Shown here: positions 57,582 to 64,000 of the stretch, in pieces
How the letters are laid out: each line of letters opens with the position of its first letter
Position numbering within the stretch: position 1 is the first letter of the stretch
IMG/VR virus record: IMGVR_UViG_3300037067_015653
Span: 1,221 to 65,220 of that record
Origin: a virus
DNA length: 64,000 bases
Reading direction: 5' to 3' (one strand)
Program-made: the position numbers and the translations under genes
The notes under the pieces: generated by a model
Told to the model about the DNA's origin: nothing
The model's database searches: none
What the model saw: the letters and a program-made list of their open reading frames with translations, nothing else

Positions 57582-58085
57582 TCAAACTTCCTTACTTAAA
57601 ACTGATTCCCTAAAATTTATAGGTGATATCCATCTACAATCAATCTCTATTTCATAACCCCAATCAAATTGAGGTAAACCACCACCTACCCAAACACCCC
57701 AATGTAAATGATCTGCCCGAATTATTTCTTTACCATCTTTATATTGATACCGGATTACATTACCGAGCAAATCCCCTTTTTTTATTTGAGTATTAATTTT
57801 TACATTTCTGATTATGTGTCCATATAGAATGGAATACTTACAATCATTAAAAGTACTTTCAACAATTACTACACCACCCATTCTACCAAATGAACCAAAT
57901 CCAGATACTTCAGCAGAGCAAATAACCACACCATCAAGTAAAGCGTAAACATCGTCTCCAGCATCACAATTTCGATCATCCCCTAAATGATATAATCTTT
58001 GTTCTGGTTTTAATGTTTTATTATACCATCCAAATTGTCGATATTCGCCCTTATCTTTACACGGTATTATCTTTGTATTTTCCAC
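57582..58085 (-). CDS. M23 peptidase (putative endolysin)
   Basis: HLGDD (HxxxD), LYGHI, DHLHW (HxH). Confidence 0.85.
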   Translation of the reverse strand: MENTKIIPCKDKGEYRQFGWYNKTLKPEQRLYHLGDDRNCDAGDDVYALLDGVVICSAEVSGFGSFGRMGGVVIVESTFNDCKYSILYGHIIRNVKINTQIKKGDLLGNVIRYQYKDGKEIIRADHLHWGVWVGGGLPQFDWGYEIEIDCRWISPINFRESVLSKEV

Positions 58086-58185
58086 CTAATTCCCCTATAT
58101 AGTTTTATTTATATCAACCTTACTTTATTCTTTCTTTCCCTGGCTATTTACTTTCTATATTTTTATTTAACTATTCCTTATTTTA

Positions 58186-58353
58186 CTACTCTTTAGTGTA
58201 TTTGTCTACTTTTTTATTTATTACAATTTTATCATATATTACATTATAAATTATCATGATTAATACAAAAATTATTAAGTTTCTTACACTTTGTCTTATA
58301 GGTAAAATGCTTCCTGTTATATATCCGATTATTCCTGCTATTATATATTTCAT
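58186..58353 (-). CDS. 55-aa membrane protein
   Basis: Hand-translated MKYIIAGIIGYITGSILP...; AAGGAATAAGAAATG junction. Confidence 0.5.
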   Translation of the reverse strand: MKYIIAGIIGYITGSILPIRQSVRNLIIFVLIMIIYNVIYDKIVINKKVDKYTKE

Positions 58354-58356
58354 TTC

Positions 58357-58614
58357 TTATTCCTTATTTTTTAAAAAAGTAATAAAATTTTGTATCTTTT
58401 TTCCATTTTCTGTAAGTAAATAACCCTTTCCAAAACAACATGTGCAATCACCATTAACAGTTAAATAATCCATACTTTCTTGTAAACAACTGCACTTTTC
58501 AATCAAGTCTATTCTAGCAATTATATTATTTACTTCAGTGCCATATTCTTCAGAAAATTCATATAATTCTAAATTATATTCATTCAAATCTAATTTTTTA
58601 ATTCTTTTTCTCAT
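58357..58614 (-). CDS. Hypothetical protein (CxxCxGxG)
   Basis: CTCCFGKGYLLTENG. Confidence 0.6.
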   Translation of the reverse strand: MRKRIKKLDLNEYNLELYEFSEEYGTEVNNIIARIDLIEKCSCLQESMDYLTVNGDCTCCFGKGYLLTENGKKIQNFITFLKNKE

Positions 58615-58629
58615 TTCTCTATTCCTTAT

Positions 58630-58803
58630 TTATATTTTCATAAATTCTTCTATTTTTTCAATATCATTATCAGAAGGAAACACACAAAATCTTTTATGTT
58701 TTTTATTCATATTTTTAATTAATCTTTTTTCTTTATCATTTAATATTATCATGATTGGCTCATCATTAGAATGATAAATCTTATTTCCAATTTTAACTTT
58801 CAT
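58630..58803 (-). CDS. 57-aa hypothetical protein
   Basis: MKVKIGNKIYHSNDEPIMIILND...; repeated RBS junction. Confidence 0.6.
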   Translation of the reverse strand: MKVKIGNKIYHSNDEPIMIILNDKEKRLIKNMNKKHKRFCVFPSDNDIEKIEEFMKI

Positions 58804-58806
58804 TTC

Positions 58807-58980
58807 TTATTCCTTTTTAATAAATCTTTCACCGTCATAAATACATTCTCTTTTTCTAGGAAATTTTTCATGTAAGGTTATAGATTTGCCTGCGTTACAA
58901 ACCCATACAGGTCTATTTGTACGAGTAAACACCTTAATTCTATGAATACAATCCCCACAAAAATATTTATTTTCTATCAT
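58807..58980 (-). CDS. 57-aa Cys-rich protein
   Basis: MIENKYFCGDCIH...C...C; repeated RBS junction. Confidence 0.55.
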   Translation of the reverse strand: MIENKYFCGDCIHRIKVFTRTNRPVWVCNAGKSITLHEKFPRKRECIYDGERFIKKE

Positions 58981-58992
58981 TTCTTATTCCTT

Positions 58993-59205
58993 TTAAAAAC
59001 CTGTAAATTCTGGCAGACTATTAAATTCATCATCAGTCATATAAATAGGTTCAAATACAGGTGGTAAACCAGAATCACTCCAATCCATCAAATGACTTCC
59101 CCCACCACAAAAACACATGACATTTTCAACAGTGTCAATATAATAAGCATTATTTATATTTTTTCTGTCTGCAAAAACCTTAAAATATAATTTTTTATTA
59201 TTCAT
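58993..59205 (-). CDS. Hypothetical protein
   Basis: C-terminal MTDDEFNSLPEFTGF. Confidence 0.6.
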   Translation of the reverse strand: MNNKKLYFKVFADRKNINNAYYIDTVENVMCFCGGGSHLMDWSDSGLPPVFEPIYMTDDEFNSLPEFTGF

Positions 59206-59546
59206 TTCTTACTTTCCAAAAAATTTTTTATTTCAATCATTTTTAAAGCCCCTGTTAAACCACAAGACAATTTATTTTTCTGTAATACATCTAATAATTC
59301 ATCATTTACTTTACAACTTCCTTTAAGATAATTTAATAACATCTCATTTTCTCTTTCTAATTCTTTTATTTTTTTATTAAATTGATTTATAATCTCATTG
59401 ATTTCTTCATAAGTTTTTGATTTTAAAAAATCAATTTCCACCATATTTTTTATACTTTCCACTTTTGATATAATTCCATATCTAGGCATAGGAATTAATT
59501 TTTCTGCTTTTATATCTTCTTTATTTAAAAAGTCTTTTTCATCCAT
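59202..59546 (-). CDS. Hypothetical coiled-coil protein
   Basis: AGGGG RBS. Confidence 0.55.
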   Translation of the reverse strand: MDEKDFLNKEDIKAEKLIPMPRYGIISKVESIKNMVEIDFLKSKTYEEINEIINQFNKKIKELERENEMLLNYLKGSCKVNDELLDVLQKNKLSCGLTGALKMIEIKNFLESKK

Positions 59547-59739
59547 TTTTAAACCCCTATTGTCCCTTCTGAAATTTGCATTCTCTGACTCCTTTTATAT
59601 TTAAAATCTATGCATATGCGATTGACATATTATTCTTTAAAGTTTTATGAGATTTAAAGTATTGCTCTGGTTTCTTATACTCCGACCTCTATCGCTCGTT
59701 ACTGAATACTTAATAATATGCGAATATGCATAGATATTT

Positions 59740-60000
59740 TTATATTTCATCTTTTAAAGTAGCTCTAAAAAAAGCCAATGTATCTTTACATTCATCACAA
59801 ATAAAAATAGCTACTCTATTTCTTGAATAAAACAAATGATTCATAATTCTTTTCATATTATCAAGAATAATATCTTCAGGACTGATTTGTTTTTCTTTTG
59901 AAAAATCAATTTCAGTATTACCCAATTTTTCATTATAATAAAATACTCGCAAATTAGATTTAAAATGAAATCTGCATTTAGGATTAGCACAAAAATACAT
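59740..60000 (-). CDS. Hypothetical Zn-binding protein
   Basis: CANPKC...CDEC; AGGAG RBS. Confidence 0.6.
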   Translation of the reverse strand: MYFCANPKCRFHFKSNLRVFYYNEKLGNTEIDFSKEKQISPEDIILDNMKRIMNHLFYSRNRVAIFICDECKDTLAFFRATLKDEI

Positions 60001-60004
60001 TTTA

Positions 60005-60412
60005 TTACTCCTTTAATTTTCCACATGGGGAACCATCCAAAAACATATAATTATTAAGTAAATTTTCATATGTTATACTATCATTCCACGATGTAGCAAC
60101 ACCATTATCACACTGTTTAATTATAATATATTTATAAATTGTAGGACCTTTTTGAAATTTATTTTTAATTTTCATGCCCAATAAATCATCCTCATTTGTA
60201 AAAGGAACATATTTCTTTTGTGATTTAGGTCTCCAATCTTTAGCTACAGAAACATAATAATTAGGATTACCTTCTAAATAAATATTCTCAAGAGGTTCCT
60301 CAACATAAATAGCAAATCCATTTTTATCTTGATATAAAAACATTCTTTCAAATTCAGCACAATCTTTTTCAATAATTATTCTATCACCCTCTTTTACATC
60401 CTTTTTATCCAT
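60005..60412 (-). CDS. Hypothetical phage protein
   Basis: YVPF...YMFLDGSPCG C-term. Confidence 0.6.
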   Translation of the reverse strand: MDKKDVKEGDRIIIEKDCAEFERMFLYQDKNGFAIYVEEPLENIYLEGNPNYYVSVAKDWRPKSQKKYVPFTNEDDLLGMKIKNKFQKGPTIYKYIIIKQCDNGVATSWNDSITYENLLNNYMFLDGSPCGKLKE

Positions 60413-60425
60413 TTTATTTACCCTC

Positions 60426-60869
60426 CTATATTTCCTTAAATTTAACAGAATAATATTTTCTGTCTTTTTCTATCAATAATTTTTGATGTTCATAACAAGT
60501 TTCCTTTGAAAACCAATCAGGCAAAATAAAACCATCTTTAATCCAAAAATTTTTTCTTAATAACCAAAAAATTTCACCCGATTTATGATAAAAACAACTT
60601 TTTGGATATTCATGACATTCATCTTTTTCATGTTCATTTCTGTATTCTACAAGTAACCAAAATAAATAAGCCATAAGATAACTATCATAACCCTTCCATT
60701 TTAAAGTATTAACATGATTATAAACACCTTTTGGAATTTTCCAACCAACATCAAAATTATTATTAGCAGAAATTATTTGAATTATTTCAAGTATCTGTTT
60801 ATTTCGTCTCTTCTTATCCAAAACATTTGCGTTTTTATATTGTTTTGCATATGGTGTAAATACTTGCAT
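60426..60869 (-). CDS. Pyrimidine-dimer DNA glycosylase/endonuclease V-like protein
   Basis: MQVFTPY...VLDKKRRNKQILEIIQI...H....KWKGY...HQKLLIEKDRKYY. Confidence 0.7.
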   Translation of the reverse strand: MQVFTPYAKQYKNANVLDKKRRNKQILEIIQIISANNNFDVGWKIPKGVYNHVNTLKWKGYDSYLMAYLFWLLVEYRNEHEKDECHEYPKSCFYHKSGEIFWLLRKNFWIKDGFILPDWFSKETCYEHQKLLIEKDRKYYSVKFKEI

Positions 60870-61106
60870 TTAAATTACTCCCTTTCCATCACCATCTAAA
60901 AAAAATTTATCCATTTCTATTTGAAAACGCTCAATATAAGAATAAAGAAAATTATGTAAAATAAAAGAGACTTTTTCACCAGTTAACGGATTTATACAAT
61001 AAGATTCTTCTATCTTTTTTTCATTGTTTATTTCTGGATCAGTTCCAAAATCTTTTTTATAAATATTCATGAAATGTAAATCTTCGGCAGTTGTTATTTT
61101 AATCAT
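60870..61106 (-). CDS. Hypothetical protein
   Basis: In operon. Confidence 0.5.
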   Translation of the reverse strand: MIKITTAEDLHFMNIYKKDFGTDPEINNEKKIEESYCINPLTGEKVSFILHNFLYSYIERFQIEMDKFFLDGDGKGVI

Positions 61107-61366
61107 TCTTTGTTTCCTTTTTCAAAATCATTTAAATTTTCTTTTATTCCTATAATTACATCTATATAAAATAAAATTAATGATTTAAAAAATAAATTGA
61201 AAGGAATAAAAGCCAAAAAAAGTTCTTTTTTATTTTTTGGCCAGACTTTTTCAAAAGTCTTATATGCAAATGTTTCTTTAATATCACGCAGTAAAAGAAT
61301 ATAATAAAAAACACAAGTAGGAAATGCAATACTTAATAACAGACAAGACATTATTTTAAAAAACAT
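61103..61366 (-). CDS. Hypothetical membrane protein
   Basis: GGGAG RBS, preceded by conserved motif. Confidence 0.55.
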   Translation of the reverse strand: MFFKIMSCLLLSIAFPTCVFYYILLLRDIKETFAYKTFEKVWPKNKKELFLAFIPFNLFFKSLILFYIDVIIGIKENLNDFEKGNKE

Positions 61367-61393
61367 AATAATACTCCCATATTTCTATATTAA

Positions 61394-61420
61394 TATTATT
61401 GTCTTTTTTAATACTTTTTG
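61394..61420 (-). promoter_or_regulatory. Conserved phage promoter/operator motif, copy 3
   Basis: 26/27 identical to 24370-24396. Confidence 0.62.
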
Positions 61421-61444
61421 CGAAAAAAATTTAAAATTTTTTAT

Positions 61445-62800
61445 TTATTCATAATCATTATTATCTTCCCCTATTATTCTTATCCTTGGCCCATTAGGAA
61501 TAAACAATTTATTGAAAGCTCCACTACATGCATCGACTTGATCTTTAAAAGGTCCATCTGGAAATAATTCTATCTCGTTAAAAAATTCTTCATTCCATGC
61601 CCCTTTTACTACCTTGACATTGCCAGCCTCGGAATAACTTGAAAATGGTCTTGCTCTGTCTAATTTATTTCCGCTTACTTTATCCGGATAAAAAGCAAAT
61701 TCAGGAAGTACATTTCTACGATAATGATCAAAAGTTATTTTTCCACTACTCCCAGGCTCTTGCTCTTGCCAAATAATTACTTTTTTACTATCCATATCCG
61801 CAGTCTGTCTAATTACTTTTTCTACATACCCTGGTTCTTTCCGAGTTCTGATTATTGATTCTATATATATTATTTTATTTTTATCCATTGACATTTTTAC
61901 ACCAGCAGTATAACAAGGCTCTTTATTCATTTTTGATGGTTCAGTTGCTGCCATATCCCAATATCTAACCCTTTTACCATCAATTGGAGATTGATCAACA
62001 ATCTCAAACCATCCACGATTAAATGTTTTTCCTTTTTTCTTGATTTCCCAATCTCCTTCCTCCAATTGTTTTCTTGTAATTGGATCGAGTTGAGATAAAC
62101 TTTCTCTATAATCTTCCCGGTCAAGATGTGGGTTATCATCCATTTTAGCAGGCACAAAAATAACACCTTTTTTTCTAGTAATGTCATCGACATATCTTAT
62201 TTTTATCCATTGGCCTCTTGAAATTTGTTCGTCTGCGGGGGGATTAGAAGCTGCTCTAAATCTAGTTGGTATTTCTACACCCTTTAATTTTCTTAATCTA
62301 GAAAACATATAAATTCCCTGATTTTCTCTTATTGCAACAGCTTCATCTAATGCTACATATTGAAATTCAGCACTTTGATAATTAAAATGTGCTTTAGGAT
62401 CTTCAAGATAACCAAAAGAAAGGGTTGCACCACTCGGAAAAGTCCAACGTTTTTTTTCACCATTCCAATGAGCATCCGTATTAAGCAGCCATTGAAAACT
62501 TAAATCCATTATAGAATGAGGCATTTGTAAATTTGCCATGGTGTCCCTTATAAGAATAGCATTATAACCGGGTACATGTACATAAAGTAACCCAGCTACA
62601 AAAAGAGCGACACTTTTTCCCCCACCTGCTGCGCCACCATAAAAAGCATCCCTACAATTAAGCATAAGAAAAAGCATTTGCCTGTCTGTAGGCTCTATAG
62701 GTATGTATTGTTTATTTATTCGCAATAAGTTTTCCAGCTTCAACAATTGATTTGTTATTTTCTGCAAGCTGGACAATTCGGGCCATTCGTTTATCATCAA
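61445..62800 (-). CDS. terL: Terminase large subunit
   Basis: YGGAAGGGKS, ALDEA, ASNP, RYWDMA, EQEPGSSGK, KDQVDA. Confidence 0.95.
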   Translation of the reverse strand: MMINEWPELSSLQKITNQLLKLENLLRINKQYIPIEPTDRQMLFLMLNCRDAFYGGAAGGGKSVALFVAGLLYVHVPGYNAILIRDTMANLQMPHSIMDLSFQWLLNTDAHWNGEKKRWTFPSGATLSFGYLEDPKAHFNYQSAEFQYVALDEAVAIRENQGIYMFSRLRKLKGVEIPTRFRAASNPPADEQISRGQWIKIRYVDDITRKKGVIFVPAKMDDNPHLDREDYRESLSQLDPITRKQLEEGDWEIKKKGKTFNRGWFEIVDQSPIDGKRVRYWDMAATEPSKMNKEPCYTAGVKMSMDKNKIIYIESIIRTRKEPGYVEKVIRQTADMDSKKVIIWQEQEPGSSGKITFDHYRRNVLPEFAFYPDKVSGNKLDRARPFSSYSEAGNVKVVKGAWNEEFFNEIELFPDGPFKDQVDACSGAFNKLFIPNGPRIRIIGEDNNDYE

Positions 62801-63431
62801 TATTTACTTCCAATTTCTTTATATCTACTCTTTTTATTCTCTTCTCATCTTTACTTTTTGAAGAAAACCACTTAAACCGATTAGACATATTCATCATCCA
62901 AAGAGTGTTATTAAATTTATCATTAAATAAATTTAATCGACCTGTTTCAATCCAATAACGTAAAGATAGCTGACTCCCAATTTTTACAGAAAAATTAAAT
63001 TCAGGATATTTTTTTCTCCAAATACAAAATTGAGAGTAACTTACACCTAATTCAGTTGCAATAGTTATTTTGTCTTTCCCTTCAGCAAAAAGATCAAGAA
63101 TTTTATAACAAAATTTTTTTTCATAAATCAATTTTTCCCCTCTGCTTTTTTTTCGTCTGCGGGGACTTTTTGCTAATATTTGTTTAATTTTTTCTTTGAA
63201 TAATAAAATTGTTTCTTTTGGAATCGGTTCAGGAAAGGTTAATGTTTTTATTTCTTTATCTTCAACTTTTTGAATTTCTTTTTTCTTAGATGTAGATTTT
63301 TTCTTTTTTTTAATTGGTGTCTTTATTGCTACTATTTTTTTAACTTTGGGAGTACTTTTCTTTTTCGTTTTCTTCTTTTTTATCTTTTTATTTAATTTAT
63401 CTTTTATTTTTTTATTTAATTCATCTTCCAT
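62712..63431 (-). CDS. terS: Terminase small subunit with Lys-rich N-terminus
   Basis: HTH IATELGVS...WRKKYPEF, MNMSNRFKW; start ATG 63431 after GAGG. Confidence 0.72.
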   Translation of the reverse strand: MEDELNKKIKDKLNKKIKKKKTKKKSTPKVKKIVAIKTPIKKKKKSTSKKKEIQKVEDKEIKTLTFPEPIPKETILLFKEKIKQILAKSPRRRKKSRGEKLIYEKKFCYKILDLFAEGKDKITIATELGVSYSQFCIWRKKYPEFNFSVKIGSQLSLRYWIETGRLNLFNDKFNNTLWMMNMSNRFKWFSSKSKDEKRIKRVDIKKLEVNIDDKRMARIVQLAENNKSIVEAGKLIANK

Positions 63432-63455
63432 AATTAACCTCTGATTTCTATATTT

Positions 63456-63484
63456 ATTATACATTTTCTCATTATGAATGTAAA
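63456..63484 (-). promoter_or_regulatory. sigma70-type promoter for terminase genes
   Basis: TTTACA-17bp-TATAAT. Confidence 0.65.
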
Positions 63485-63485
63485 T

Positions 63486-63512
63486 AAAAAAAGCAGGGTG
63501 TTACCCCCGCTC
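63486..63512 (-). terminator. Intrinsic terminator
   Basis: GAGCGGGG-GTAACA-CCCTGCTT + U-tract. Confidence 0.7.
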
Positions 63513-63585
63513 TTAGGAAATCAGATCAAATACAAATCTATTATACTATATTTTCATTTATTTGAAATACATTTTCTATTTATTT

Positions 63586-63870
63586 TTAATTATTAACTTT
63601 GATTTTATCAATACTTATTTCATGATTATTAATATTTATTACTCTGTCTCTTATTGCAGCATATACATCTAAGCTACATAATGAACTTTGTGTGCTGTCA
63701 ATGTAGTCTCTTGAATCCGCATTTTCCATGATATAATTAAAAATCTTTTTTGCTTGTTCAGCATCATCAAAGGTATCATCATTTAGGTCTTCATTAAATT
63801 CATTGATTGTGGCTTGTCTTATCTTTTCAGCCCATGCAATTTGTTTTTCACTTCCGGTTAATTTTTTCAT
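63586..63870 (-). CDS. Hypothetical phage protein (LxGSEKQIAWAxxIR family)
   Basis: Recognisable N-terminal motif; GGAG RBS. Confidence 0.7.
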   Translation of the reverse strand: MKKLTGSEKQIAWAEKIRQATINEFNEDLNDDTFDDAEQAKKIFNYIMENADSRDYIDSTQSSLCSLDVYAAIRDRVININNHEISIDKIKVNN

Positions 63871-63944
63871 CTATATTCTCCAAGTATTAAGCTCTCCAGC
63901 TATTAAATACTTCATACAAAGTATTTGTTTTTCTTTATATTAAT

Positions 63945-63973
63945 AATATACACTAATTTTATTTTTTTGTCAA
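63945..63973 (-). promoter_or_regulatory. Strong sigma70-type promoter
   Basis: TTGACA-17bp-TATATT. Confidence 0.7.
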
Positions 63974-64000
63974 ATAATTTTTTAATTTTTTTAAAAATAT

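Noticed and set aside
3337-62958. Numerous short plus-strand ORFs in the track
   Set aside because: Antisense shadows of well-supported minus-strand genes, with no RBS or motifs
1-64000. Alternative genetic code (stop-codon reassignment)
   Set aside because: Core genes are full length and densely packed under code 11; the Rad50 halves are kilobases apart, not separated by an in-frame stop

Overview
A very AT-rich window from a tailed dsDNA bacteriophage, with almost all genes on the minus strand. It is a myovirus with an HK97-type head (terminase, portal, protease, major capsid protein) and a Mu-like contractile tail and baseplate (about 31.3-63.5 kb). It also carries a self-sufficient replication/recombination module: primase, SNF2 helicase, sigma-like factor, PolA, DnaB, RecA/UvsX, UvsY-like, gp32-like SSB, Mre11 with a split Rad50, and RuvC. 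No integrase or repressor is visible. Two accessory systems stand out. (1) A roughly 10.5 kb nonulosonic-acid (pseudaminic/sialic-acid-like) biosynthesis operon ends in a Maf/DUF115-type glycosyltransferase with TPRs, a flagellin-glycosylation-type system carried by a phage. (2) A roughly 770 nt non-coding block downstream of a conserved 252-aa gene holds four tRNA mimics, none with a canonical anticodon arm. One is circularly permuted (T arm, acceptor with CCA, linker, acceptor, D arm) and sits on long-range helices like a YrlA Y RNA. Smaller signals include a 27-32 bp motif repeated at three distant gene starts, repeated start-associated junctions in a small-gene array, FxxGFxxGF peptides on three virion proteins, and a -1 frameshift tail chaperone. 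All family assignments come from motif recognition by eye; no searches were run.
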